Below are positions 14,940 to 27,384 of a stretch of DNA of 64,000 nucleotides, one piece after another (within the stretch, counting starts at the first letter, position 1; the number at the start of each line of letters is the position of its first letter). Origin of the DNA: Octopus vulgaris (lineage: Eukaryota). The translations under genes and the position numbers were made by a program. The stretch is taken from positions 61,008,001 to 61,072,000 of the forward strand of contig OX597832.1 of the NCBI GenBank assembly GCA_951406725.2. Reading direction: 5' to 3'. The notes under the pieces are model-generated. The model saw only the letters and a list, made by a program, of their open reading frames with translations. It was not told where the DNA came from and ran no database searches.

Positions 14940-15137
14940 TTTTTTCAATATTTATTTTTGGCGTGCAATAGCCGGTTCTTTTGGTCAAACTATCGTATCT
15001 CCAGCTGCTTCAGATGCCAAGATAACAAAATTTGTCAGAGTACAATGTTTTTGCTATGGAGTACTGAAACTTTTTTTCGTTTTCGGATAAAAAAAAAAAC
15101 CCCAACGATTTGGACTTACGACACTTTTGCATGATAG
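14940..15137. repeat. Interspersed repeat, probably a DNA-transposon end; second copy at ~59030-59215
   Basis: AATAGCCGGTTCTTTTGGTCA(A/G)ACTATCGTATCTCCAGCTGCTTC...ACTTACGACACTTTTG is present at both loci. Confidence 0.65.
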
Positions 15138-15140
15138 TAA

Positions 15141-15243
<103 letters not shown>

Positions 15244-15473
15244 CATATATACAAGATAAGAAAATGGAGAAATACATCTAAATCAAATATCAATTACCAG
15301 ATAATACTCAGTCACATACTTTATTAGACCACATATATATATATAGAGAGATTAATGCTGAACAATTTGTTTCTTTATCAATATAATATGCAATTATACT
15401 CACATATTTATCTATAAGTCATGAATGTATTTATATATATATAAGTGCTTCTTTTTCAGTTTTATGATTTACT

Positions 15474-15523
<50 letters not shown>

Positions 15524-15524
15524 T

Positions 15525-15832
15525 GAGACCCCCTTCGGTCATGACTGACCGTGGGATTGCACCTACAAAGTTACCCTCCCTGGCACAAGGTTGTTTGTGG
15601 AAGACCAGCAGTCACCCATGCATACCGGCCTCCTCTCTCCACGCCACCAGTGTTATCCAAGGGAAAGGCAAAGGCCGATACAGCTTGGCACCTGTGACGT
15701 CGGAGCTCATTTCTCCAGCTGAGTGAAGTGGAGCAACGTGAAATAAAGTGTCTTGCTCAAGAACACAACACGTAACCCGATCCAGGATTCGAACTCGCAA
15801 CCGACGTTCTAACCACTGAGCCATACGCCTCC
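15525..15832 (-). mobile_element. tRNA-derived SINE, family C-type head with a different 3' tail
   Basis: Minus strand has GGAGGCGTATGGCTCAGTGGTTAG, B-box GAGTTCGAATCC and CORE-like TTCTTGAGCAAGACAC. Confidence 0.7.
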
Positions 15833-16104
15833 ACACACACACACACATATATACACTGGTACTCCATCGGTTACGACGACGAGGGTTCGAGTTGATCCGA
15901 CCAACAGAACAGCCTATTCATGAAATTAACGTGAAAGTGGCTGAGCACTCCACTGACACGCGTACACTTAACGTAGTTATTAGGAAGATTCTGCGTGACA
16001 CAGTGTGACAAGGCTGGCTCCTCTAAAATACAGGTACTACTCATTTTTGCCAAAATTTCGGGCCTTGTGACTAGAGTAGAAAAGAGTATTTGAAACTAAT
16101 AGAA

Positions 16105-16312
16105 GGCAGCGAGCTGGCAGAAACGTTAGCACGCCGGGCGAAATGCGTAACCGTATTTCGTCTGCCGTTACGTTCTGAGTTCAAATTCCGCCGAGGTTGA
16201 CTTTGCCTTTCATCCTTTCGGGGTCGATAAATTAAGTACCAGTTGCATACTGGGGTCGATCTGATCGACTGGCCCCTCCCTCCACCAAATTTCGGGCCTT
16301 GTGCCTAGAATA
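16105..16312 (+). mobile_element. tRNA-derived SINE family B (Meta-domain-like core); degenerate second copy at ~16325-16495
   Basis: Head GGCAGCGAGCTGGCAGAA, B-box GAGTTCAAATTCC, core GCCTTTCATCCTTTCGGGGTCGATAAATTAAGTACCAG. Confidence 0.85.
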
Positions 16313-16611
16313 TTAGTAGCCTGCAAAGACGCCGATCTAGCAGAATCGCTAGCATACCGGACAAAATGCTTGACGGCATTTCGTCCGTCTTCGTGTTCTG
16401 AGTTCAAATCCTGCCTAAGTCGGTTTTGCATTCTATCCTTTAGGGGGTCGATAAAATAAGTACCACTTGACCATTAGGGTCGATTTCATCGACCAACGCG
16501 CATAATATGTAATATTATATATATATATGGAAAATAACACAAGGCAGAAAATGCTAATATAATTTTATCATGAAATACATTTAGTAACGGTTAGTTCCAA
16601 TATATACATAT

Positions 16612-16657
<46 letters not shown>

Positions 16658-16658
16658 C

Positions 16659-16831
16659 GTTGGCGATTTTTTTCCTCCGTCTTCCCTTCCTTGGATCTTT
16701 TCTTTTCCTTTGTTTCTGGCGAAGACCTCCGCTCGAAACGTTAAATCCTCCTTCTTTCTTTCCTTTCCTGAGCGTCCAATAGAATTATACTTGTTCCACG
16801 TCCTCGCGTTGTTTTGTTTTCATGTTTGGAT

Positions 16832-16836
<5 letters not shown>
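16659..16836 (+). mobile_element. PLE pseudo-LTR-like repeat with degenerate minimal hammerhead (16712-16746)
   Basis: GTTT-CTGGCGA-A-GACC-tcc-GCTC-GAAA-CG-TT-AAAT. An inverted homolog lies at 17340-17525. Confidence 0.6.
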
Positions 16837-16862
<26 letters not shown>

Positions 16863-16880
16863 TCATGTTTGGATATATAC

Positions 16881-16913
<33 letters not shown>

Positions 16914-17045
16914 GGAGAGAGAGACCGATATCGTTAAACAGACGCGGTGCATTCACGTACGAAAAGCGTAAAACATTAACATAAATATAAGAACTTTTAA
17001 TTAAATATTCACCCTTTTAATTAAACTCTTTTAATTAAATATTCA

Positions 17046-17275
17046 CAGTAATCCTTCGACTATCGCGGGCGTTACGTTCCAAACCCCACCGCGATAAGTG
17101 GAAATCCGCGAAGTAGAAACAGTACTGTACTCGATATATATATTGTTTATTATCTTTATAATTTGTATATATTTATTTTATTATAAATGCAAAACAACAC
17201 TGCGGAGGAATCGACGTCAGCTTCAACGATAAACCGCGATAGGTGAACCGTGATATGGAGAGGGATTGATTGCTG
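17046..17275. mobile_element. Tigger/pogo-like MITE
   Basis: TIRs CAGTAATCCTTCG / GAGGGATTG..CTG followed by TA. A second copy lies inverted at 50976-51198. Confidence 0.7.
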
Positions 17276-17297
17276 TATATAAGAGAAAGGGAGTGGT

Positions 17298-17339
<42 letters not shown>

Positions 17340-17341
<2 letters not shown>

Positions 17342-17525
17342 TAATCCAAACAAGAAAACACAAAAAACACAGCAACGCGAGGACGTGGAACAAATAAGGT
17401 ATTATTGGACGCTCAGGAAGGAAGGGAAAGAGGGTTTAACGTTTCGAGCGGAGCTCTTCGTCGGAAACAAAGGAGAAGAAAAGATCCCGAGAAGACAGAG
17501 GAAAAAAAAACTTGCTGGCGGTGCT
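17340..17525 (-). mobile_element. PLE pseudo-LTR-like repeat with minimal hammerhead (17434-17468, U4>C)
   Basis: Minus strand reads GTTT-CCGACGA-A-GAGC-tcc-GCTC-GAAA-CG-TT-AAAC. Confidence 0.65.
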
Positions 17526-17860
17526 CACGAGGTCACATATATATATATATATATCTTCGTGGCATTCCGTCGGTTAGAGAAAGACAGCTAGCTGTTTTAT
17601 GCAATACATTCCAAAAGCAAAAACAAAATTTTTTCAGGGACATACATCTAAAGCAGGGGCTCTCAAACATTTTTTTTTATCTATGGACCCCTTTGATTAC
17701 AATTTTATTCTGGTGGACCCCTATAACCATTCAATGTTTAAACTTTAATTTCATAGATATTTCTCTCAAAATTCCTGTTTTTTTTTTTTAGACACTAACC
17801 TGTCTAGGTTGAATCATGTAAAATGTTAAAGAAACCCGATTCTTGCAATAAATACAAATA

Positions 17861-18082
17861 CTCTTTACTCTTTTACTTGTTTCAGTCATTTGACTGCGGC
17901 CATGCTGGAGCACCGCCTTTAGTCGAGCAAATCGACCCCAGGACTTATTCTTTGTAAGCCAAGTACTTATTCTATCGGTCTCTTTTGCCGAACCGCTGAG
18001 TTACGGGGACGTAAACACACCGGCATCGGTTGTCAAGCGATGTTGGAGGGACAAACAGACACACAAATACACACACACACAG

Positions 18083-18131
<49 letters not shown>

Positions 18132-18140
18132 CACACAAAT

Positions 18141-18218
<78 letters not shown>

Positions 18219-18711
18219 ATTTGTGTGTCTGTTTGTCCCTCCAACATCGCTTGACAACCGATGCCGGTGTGTTTACGTCCCCGTAACTCAGCGGTTCGGC
18301 AAAAGAGACCGATAGAATAAGTACTTGGCTTACAAAGAATAAGTCCTGGGGTCGATTTGTTCGACTAAAGGCGGTGCTCCAGCATGGCCGCAGTCAAATG
18401 ACTGAAACAAGTAAAAGAGTAAAAGAGTATTGGTATTTATTGCAAGAATCGGGTTTCTTTAACATTTTACATAGTTCAAAATAGACAAGTTAGTGTATGA
18501 AAAACAAAATAGGAATTTTGAAAGAATATATATATATATATATATATACGACGGGCTTCTTTCAGTTTCCCTCTACCAAATCCACTCGCAAGGCTTTGGT
18601 CGGCCCGAGGTTATAGTAGAAGACACTTGCCCAAGGTGCCACACAGTGGGACTGAACTCGGAACCATGTGGTTGGTAAGCAAGCTACTTACCACACAGCC
18701 ACTCCTGCGCC
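17861..18711 (-). mobile_element. SINE family A containing an inverted duplication of its own 3' half plus flank
   Basis: 3' half at 17861-18080, inverted copy at ~18200-18526, 5' half resuming at ~18545-18711. Confidence 0.85.
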
Positions 18712-18841
18712 AATATATACATTTAAAGCAAAATCTTTTAAGGGGCCCTCAAAACACTGGACCCTTTTGATAACCATTTTATTCTGGTGGACCCTGACGG
18801 CCATTTGATGTTTAAAAACTAGTTTTGTAGAAACTTCTGTA

Positions 18842-20251
18842 GGATAGGTCGATAAAGGCCAAATAGAGCGGTTGGTATTGCTCACGACATTTTTCTTGTA
18901 GCTGTCGCAGCGCGAAGATCGTGTCTCGCGAGAGCTCCCCTGGGATATTCTCGCCCAGTATGGATGCCCAGATAAGTTCATCTGGATCCTCAAACTCCTC
19001 CACGACAATATGCACGCCAGAGTCCAGACCGACGGAGGCAGTTCTGAGCCCTTTAAAGTCACCTCCGGAGTAAAGCAAGGCTGCGTGATAGCGCCAACTC
19101 TCTTTACCATCTTTATCGCGACAGTGTTGCACATCATACGAGATGACCTTCCACCTGGCATCGAGATCTCGTACAGAATGGACGGCAAGCTTTTCAACCT
19201 CGCTCGCCTCAAAAGTACGTCAAAGACAATGGCGCAAAGCTTGCTAGAGTTCCAATATGCCGACAACAGTGTAGCAGCTTACAGAGAGGATCACCCCCAA
19301 CAGATCCTAAATGCTTTTCATCATGCATATACTAAACTTGGACTGAGCATCAACATCAAGAAGACTTACTTACTCTACCAACCTCCTCCCAATGCCCGTG
19401 TTGACAACCCGCCATCGATTCAACTCGAAGGAATTCCACAGAAAAATGTTAACCATTTCTTCTACCTTGGGAGCCATCTGTCAGCAAAGGTAGACCTCAG
19501 CGATGAAATCCAACACCGTCTGAAGTGTGCAGGAACAGCTTTCGGCAAGCTTCGAACAAGAGTTTTTGCTGATCGGGACATCCGAACCGAAACTAAACTC
19601 ATGGTGTACAGGGCAGTCATTATTTCAACCCTCCTTTACGCATCCGAAACCTGAACCCCGTATAGTCATCACCTGAAAACGCTCGAGAAATTTCACCAAC
19701 GCTGTCTTCGGAAGATCCTTAACATCAGCTGGGAAGACAGAAGAACTAACGTCAGCGTGCTACAAGAAGCAAAAATGACCAGCATCGAAGCCTATGTCAT
19801 CAAAGGCCAACTAAGATGGAGCGGCCACGTGGTTAGAATGACTGACGAACGACTTCCCAAACAGATCTTCTACTCCCAACTCAAAGACGTCAAGCGTACA
19901 AAAGGAGGCCAGAAGAAACGCTACAAGGACTCCCTGAAAACGAACCTCAAAAAGTGTGACATCGACTTCACTAACTGGGAGGAAACGGCAAAAAACAGAC
20001 CACTCTGGAAAACCTCCATCCATGAGGGAACGGCGACTTTCGAGTCGAAAAGGTTTGCAGAGCTGGAGGAGAAAAGACGACGACGGAAGGAGCGCCAACA
20101 ACAACCACGTGCGACTCTCCCTTCCGGCACTAGATGTCCGCATTGCGACCGATCTTTTCAAGCAAGAATAGGTCTTATCGGTCACCTACGAACTCACCAG
20201 TAAATTTGCGCGAAGACCATCATCCTCGACCTTGAGGGATTGCCATCATTA
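18842..20251 (+). mobile_element. 5'-truncated RTE-clade LINE with 5' inversion; candidate TSD TCTGTAG (18836-18842 / 20252-20258)
   Basis: RT motifs GVKQGCVIAPTLF, QYADNS, YLGS and LRWSGHVVRM, C-terminal CPHC..H..TH finger, short 3' UTR and CAT-type tail. Confidence 0.92.
18923..20203 (+). pseudogene. RTE reverse transcriptase C-terminal half with one nonsense codon (19652-19654) and YADD>YADN lesion
   Basis: ORFs 19010-19654 and 19757-20203 are in the same frame. Read-through gives ASET*TPYSHHLKTLEKFHQRCLRKILNISWEDRRTN. Confidence 0.9.
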
Positions 20252-20480
20252 TCTGTAGTATGAACTAAATGTTAGAAAAAGGAACCTAGCTGTTTCTTAC
20301 AATACATACCAACACATAGATCTAAAGCAAAATTATTTCACGGACCATAAAAATACTATTGGGGATCCCAGTTTTACTCTTTTGCAGCGTGGACCCTCCA
20401 AAATCTTACATGGACCCTCAGGGACAATATCGACCCTGATTGAGAACTGCTGACCTAGACAGTAGAATAATTTACAGATA

Positions 20481-20653
20481 GGCGCATGAGTAGCTGTGTG
20501 GTAAAGTACCTTACTTACCAACCACATGGTTCCGGGTTCAGTCCCACTGCGTGGCTCCTTGGGCAAGTGCCTTCTACTATAGCCTCGGGCCGACCAAAGC
20601 CTTGCGAGTGGATTTGGTAGACGGAAACTGAAAGAAACCCGTCGTATATATAT

Positions 20654-20691
<38 letters not shown>

Positions 20692-20913
20692 GCGTGTATA
20701 TGTTTGTGTGTTTGTGTTTGCCCCCCCCCCAACATCGCTTGACAACCGATGCTAGTGTGTTTACGTCTCCGCAACTTAGCGGTTCGGCAAAAGAGACCGA
20801 TAGAATAAGTACTGGGCTTACAAAGAATAAGTCTTGGGGTCGATTTACTCGACTAAAAGGTAGTGCTCCAGCATGGCCGCAGTCAAATGACTGAAACAAG
20901 TAAAAGAAAAGAG
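20481..20913 (+). mobile_element. SINE family A, full length
   Basis: GGCGCATGAGTAGCTGTGTGG...GGTTCAGTCCC...CCTTGGGCAAGTG...GAAACAAGTAAAAG. Confidence 0.9.
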
Positions 20914-21353
20914 AAAGAAAATATCTCAAAGTTTGGTTCTGCTACTGGGGTACATCGCCAGATCCGGATAAAGTCTACAAGCATGTTACCTCAGTCGGCG
21001 AGCTTGAAACTTTTTTCGGGTACGTAGAATGGAGAAATATATGAAGGCTCGGACGAAGAGGAAAACGGATAGTGTTCTTTTTTTTTTTAATTATTATTGT
21101 AATCAACCAATAAGGGGTTGACAAAAATATGGAGGACGGCACAGGACAATATAGAGGGGGGTGGTGCACAAAGCTAGAAAATCGAGACTGTCAACCCCAC
21201 TAATAGGCTAGTCCTTTACAGAAACAACCCCGGAGGGATTCAGAGTAAGATTTACCGCAGTGGAATTTGAACGCAGAATGCTAAGAGTCGGAAGAAATAC
21301 TACAACGACGCTCCAACGATATGCGTCAAAATGGTCGTTCTAGATTCTAAAAA

Positions 21354-21705
21354 TAGCAGCTAAAAGCTCTCTTCAGATCACCACTTTTTTTATCTTAAGA
21401 AAAATACTGGAAAATAAACAATATATAACGTACTCTAAGGTACTCTTAGCCAGACGCGATGGTCATGGCTAGCAGCTAAAAGCTCTCTTCAGATCACCAC
21501 TTTTTTTTATCTTAAGAAAAATACTGGAAAATAAACAATATATAACGTACTCCAAGGTACTCTTAGCTAGACGCGATGGTCACGGCTAGCAGCTAAAAGC
21601 TCTCTTCAGATCACCACTTTTTTTTATCTTAAGAAAAATACTGGAAAATAAACAATATATAACGTACTCCAAGGTACTCTTAGCCAGACGCGATGGTCAC
21701 GGCTA
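21354..21705. repeat. Three tandem copies of a 116-117-bp unit
   Basis: Units start TAGCAGCTAAAAGCTC at 21354, 21470 and 21587. Confidence 0.92.
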
Positions 21706-22013
21706 TAAAATGTGCTTGGCATATAATCGCTAAACAAAACCACCACCACCACCACCATCATCGTCATCAACATCATCATTATCATCATCATCATCATCAA
21801 AAATAACACCGTCATCCGCAACAACAGTACAGTAATTAAGAAATTAAAATGTATAGATATTGTTACAATTTTTGCCATCCATACTTTGTTAAAGAAATCG
21901 TTTTCACTTCATGCGTGCACGTATGTCATACACACACACATATACACGCACATACATACAAACATACATAAAAATACACGCCTCTTTCTCTCTCTCTCCC
22001 TCCCTCCCCCCCC

Positions 22014-22045
<32 letters not shown>

Positions 22046-22163
22046 TGCTCAAAATGTCAGCTTGACATTTTCTATCCTCCTTCCTCGCTCTCATATATAT
22101 CCCACGAGGATAGAAAGTTGGTGCATCAACGCATATCAAGAGACACAACAGGCAAGCGGGCTC

Positions 22164-22221
<58 letters not shown>

Positions 22222-22545
22222 GCACACACACACACACACGCACACACACAGACACACACGTGAACGTAGTACTAGTCACTCGAACGCACATGGCAGAGAG
22301 AGAGAGACGCAAGTCCACTCACATACATACACAGGCGTGCACTTACACACGCATAGATGAACTTCGGCTCGTAATTTCTACGCACATACACACGCATTTC
22401 GTCTACATTGTACTGTACTTTGTATGAGATGACAATAAATTGAATTGGATTGCATTAAATATACATACATGTGTATATATGTGTGTGTGTGTGTGTGTAT
22501 GTAAATACATAAAAACATACACGTGTGTGTGTGTGTGTGTGTATG

Positions 22546-22576
<31 letters not shown>

Positions 22577-22628
22577 AATATAAATATGAACATGCGAGCG
22601 CACGTGTATGTATAAATATGTGAGTGTT

Positions 22629-22680
<52 letters not shown>

Positions 22681-22967
22681 TCATATATATATATATACCT
22701 ATTATACATACATATATATATACACACACCTATTATATACACACACACACACACACACACACATATATTTATATAAACATACACCTATTTATATAAATAT
22801 ATGTATACGTGTGTATGCATGTGCGAATATAGATATGTACGAATTTGTATGTATGTATGTATGTATGTATGTATGTATGTATGTATGTATGTATGTATGT
22901 ATGTATGAGTGTGTGTGTATATATATATATATATATAAATGTGTATGTATATATATATATAAATGTG

Positions 22968-23017
<50 letters not shown>

Positions 23018-23360
23018 TATATATTTGTTTATATATATATATAAATATATATATTTGTTTATATGTATATATGTGTGAGTGTATATTTCTCATCCTTTAT
23101 GCGAATGTACCGGGAGAAAAAGAGAGAGAGAGAGAGGGAGGGAGAGAAGAAAAAGAAAGAAAGGTAACTATAAATATATCTCGTTACAATTATTGATGAA
23201 AAGCCATATATGGAAATACATACACGTTATACATATATATGTTTATATATATACATACATATACACACGTGTACGAGAAAAATTTAAACATACATGTAAA
23301 TCTAACCATTTGTCTAAAGCTCTACCTAGCTCCCTCTCCTTCCCAATATATATATATATA

Positions 23361-23757
23361 CTCTTTTACTCTTTTACTTGTTTCAGTCATTTGACTGCGG
23401 CCATACTGGAGCACCGCCTTTAATCGAGCAACTCGACCCCAGGACTTATTCTTTGTAAGCCCAGTACTTATTCCATCGGTCTGTTTTGCCGAACCGCTAA
23501 TTGACGGGGACATAAACACACCAGCATCGGTTGTCAAGCAATGCTAGGGGGACAAACACAAACATACATGCACACACATATATACATGTATATACATATA
23601 TATGACAGGCTTCTTTCAGTTTCCGTCTACCAAATCCACTCATAAGGCTTTGGTTGGCCCGAGGCTATAGCAGAAGACACTTGCCCAAGGTGCCACGTAG
23701 TGGGACTGAACCCGGAACCATGTGGTTGGTAAACAAGCTACTTACCACACAGCTACT
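23361..23757 (-). mobile_element. SINE family A
   Basis: Same tail, core and head as the other copies. Confidence 0.88.
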
Positions 23758-23759
23758 TT

Positions 23760-23804
<45 letters not shown>

Positions 23805-23814
23805 CAAACGTACA

Positions 23815-23921
<107 letters not shown>

Positions 23922-24034
23922 ATATTATACACAGATACTTAAACTTTCAACTTTCTAATATTGATGTACCTCAGCTTTACATATACACATTATATACATG
24001 CAGTATAGTTTCGGTCAAACATGTGGGTATATAC

Positions 24035-24070
<36 letters not shown>

Positions 24071-24174
24071 CTATCTATCTATCTATCTATCTATATATAT
24101 ATATACATACACATGTATATATATATATGTATGTATTTATATTTATATATATATATATGTATTTATATATATAT

Positions 24175-24247
<73 letters not shown>

Positions 24248-24261
24248 AATCATATACATAG

Positions 24262-24690
24262 GGCCGTGTGGTAAGAAATTTGGTTCCCACCCACACAGAT
24301 CCAAGTTCAGTCTCACTACGTGGCACCTTGAGCAAGTGCCTTCTACTATTGTCCTGGGTCGACCAAAGCCTTGTGAGTGGATTTCGTAGATGGAAACTGA
24401 AAGAAGCCTTACGTATCTATCAATCTATCTAACTGTCTGTGTGTGAACTTTCGTGTTTGTGTTTATCCTCCTCTACCACTTTACAACCGGAATTGGTTTG
24501 TTTGCGTCGCCATGACTTAGCCGGTCTGTCACGGTATTTACGCCGTTTTGCCAGCTGAGTGGACTTGAGCAATGTGAAAATAAGTGTTTTGCTCAAGAAG
24601 GCAACGCATCATCCGGTCCAGGAATCGAAACCACAATCTTACGATCATGAGTCCTACACCCCTAACCATTCAGCCAAGAGCCAACACCCC
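24262..24690. mobile_element. Degenerate SINE A (+) abutting a SINE C-type head (-)
   Basis: CACCTTGAGCAAGTGCC on plus. TTTTGCCAGCTGAGTGGAC...CCAGGAATCGAAACC on plus is a family C head on minus. Confidence 0.6.
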
Positions 24691-24715
24691 CACACATACA
24701 TATATACATACATAA

Positions 24716-24802
<87 letters not shown>

Positions 24803-24913
24803 TTATTCTTTCCGTTCATAATTGTTATATCAGAGCACGCTACAGGAGAACAACATTTGTATAAAACATTTGGACTGCTTTTCCTCTCTCTGATATACTA
24901 ATTATTATTATTA

Positions 24914-24968
<55 letters not shown>

Positions 24969-25145
24969 CCTCCTCCTCATCATCATCCTCAGTGGTAGTT
25001 GCATTTGTATTATCTATAATTCATTAAGATACCCAATTTCAATCAGTTTATACATGCGTGTGTGTGTATATATGTGTTTGTGTATGTATGTATGTATGTA
25101 TGAATTTATGTATCTATCTATCTAGCTCTCTATATATACACACAC

Positions 25146-25184
<39 letters not shown>

Positions 25185-25265
25185 TGTATGTATGCATATG
25201 TGCATGTATATATGCATGTATATATATATATATATGCATGTAAATATACACACACACATATATAA

Positions 25266-25308
<43 letters not shown>

Positions 25309-25377
25309 TGTATGTATGCATATGTGCATGTATATATATATATATATATATATATGCATGTAAATATACACACACAC

Positions 25378-25433
<56 letters not shown>

Positions 25434-26090
25434 TAATGTTTTTATAGCGTTGTTCTTTAATTATATATATATATATATACCCTACTTTATCGTATTTGGT
25501 GTAATATCAATGTATTCATAAATTAATTACATCTTTACAAACATGTGTGTGTGTGTGTGTGTGTGTGTTCATTTCTATACAAATGCATAGACACATCTAT
25601 TTCTGTATAGTGGCAACATTTACATACATACACACATTCAGACATTTGTATATAATGAACACACACACACACATACATACATACATACATACAAACATAC
25701 ATGTATGTGTGTGTGCGCGTGTGTGAGTGTGCGTGCGTGTGTGTGAGTGTGTACATATCACATAAATCTATAAAGATTATACACACATGCACAAACACAC
25801 ACGTATGTATACGCTTAATAGAAGTCGACTCGTGACCCCTTCCGAGATCCATTTCACTCTAAGAAACGTCTGAAATTTGGTCCCCACATTTATGATGGCA
25901 TCTCACGTGACTCCTGAGGTTTGCCAAGGACTTACAAGTCATTCCACATCGATCCCAAATCAGTCCGACCATGTGGATGTTGGGACTTAAAGTGCAAGTG
26001 AGTCACGGGCAGGCCCTACAAACTCTACAACTCGAGATTATGCTGGGGTGACCGATAATAAAGTTACAGGAGAAAAAGTCACAATTAATT

Positions 26091-26226
26091 TATGTACATT
26101 ATTTACATTTGACGGATATTTGTCCTCATCTTGTTTGCTGTTAACACAACGTTTCGGCTGATATACCCTCCAGCCTTCATGAGGTGTCTTGGGGAAATTT
26201 CGAACCTGGGTTCTCATTCCTTAGGT
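26091..26226 (-). mobile_element. PLE pseudo-LTR fragment (same family as 3047-3196 and 4228-4380); HHR core mutated (CTCATGA)
   Basis: Reverse complement reads GGAATGAGAACCCAGGTTCG...GACACCTCATGAAGGCTGG...CAGCCGAAACGTTGTGTT. Confidence 0.8.
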
Positions 26227-26329
26227 GATTTACGGGATCCGGACAAAACCTCCTCGGAAACACCACGCCAGACAAAACCCTTGTGACTTTTTTACCTGGA
26301 TTCTATACTGGATATCATAGTGGTAGACG

Positions 26330-27375
26330 GAGGCGCTTCCGTGACCACGCTTGTGGCTAAGTACACCTGTCTTTCAGAAGCAGACATAACTACACTGGCC
26401 ACGCGAAAGAGTCTGTTTCGTGCCCTTCTCAGAAAGATGGTTCACATCCTCCATATATTTACCTGTACATTTCAGCTCAGTGTATGCAACACAGTTGTTC
26501 TCGAATTCTTTAACACCAGCAGCAATCAGATTATTCAACAACACCTTCCCAGGTGTTAGTATCAATATTGATCTTTTTAAATGTGCCTTTAAGACGGTCT
26601 TTGAAATACTTGCGTACTTTGCACCAGGTAAGTTTTCCTTGTTCCAGCGCTCCATTCAATACCCGTTTGAGTATGTAAGTGTTCTCTAACCCGAGAAAAA
26701 AACGACTAAACCATCTAAGTTAGCGTTTCAAAACCATAGACTCGATACTCGTCCTTTTCGCCAGCTGCGGTACTCTCGTATCAAGTATTTCGGATCTTCA
26801 GGATTTTACGCAAGTATAGCTGGTGAAAGTGTTCGATACGCTGGGTATGACTGCTGTAGGTTGTCCAACTTCCCCATCTATACAACAGCGCTGTTAAGAC
26901 ACATAATTGAAAGACCTCTACTCTCGTTGCTGCTTTGATGTCCGATTGCAAGTCAGAGCTGCAATTCAAGCTTTCGAAATGCATCACAAGCCTTAGAGGG
27001 TCTATAACTGACCTCCTCGTCGAATGTATTAAATGTTCATAGCGTGCTACCAAGGTAGACAAACGTTTCCGCTATTTTTAGCTTTATTTTCCCTTGGCAT
27101 ATATCGATGGTGGGCAATATGGCTTGCCTGATCCTGCTTGTTGTATGACTACGGTTTTCTTAAGATTGGTTCACACGCGGCCGAAAAGCGATTCCTCGGT
27201 AATTGCAGGTCTTCTTCAGTGCAGGTGACGAGATCGCCATCATCAGCATAAAAGGAGACCACGAATGGGAGCCATGAAAGATTTTGCTACTGCAGTAAAG
27301 TGATGGATGTCGAGAAGCTTTTCTGTTGTACAATAACGAATGTAGATAACCGCATCACTTTGTGTCAAATCCTGC
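26330..27375 (-). pseudogene. Decayed RTE-clade LINE RT/C-terminal region
   Basis: Minus translations include AVIYIRYCTTEKLLDI, YADDGDL (~27235-27252), CVLTALLY..GSWTTY....IEHFHQLYLRKILKI and a C-terminal C..C. Confidence 0.8.
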
Positions 27376-27384
27376 AATATAACA

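Larger units (their letters stand above)
17654..20452. mobile_element. hAT-like MITE (two fused partial copies) hosting a SINE and an RTE LINE
   Basis: Ends are CAGGGGCTCTCAA (17654) and TTGAGAACTGCTG (20452). Internal pieces align in reverse to the uninterrupted copy at 55013-55355. Confidence 0.65.

Noticed and set aside
18688-19266. 192-aa minus-strand ORF
   Set aside because: It is the antisense shadow of the RTE RT. Only 18842-18925, in a different frame, is meaningful on minus.
26067-26298. 17-bp inverted repeat CAGGAGAAAAAGTCACA / TGTGACTTTTTTACCTG around the PLE fragment
   Set aside because: Probably a small decayed DNA-element remnant that hosted the insertion; too little evidence to classify.
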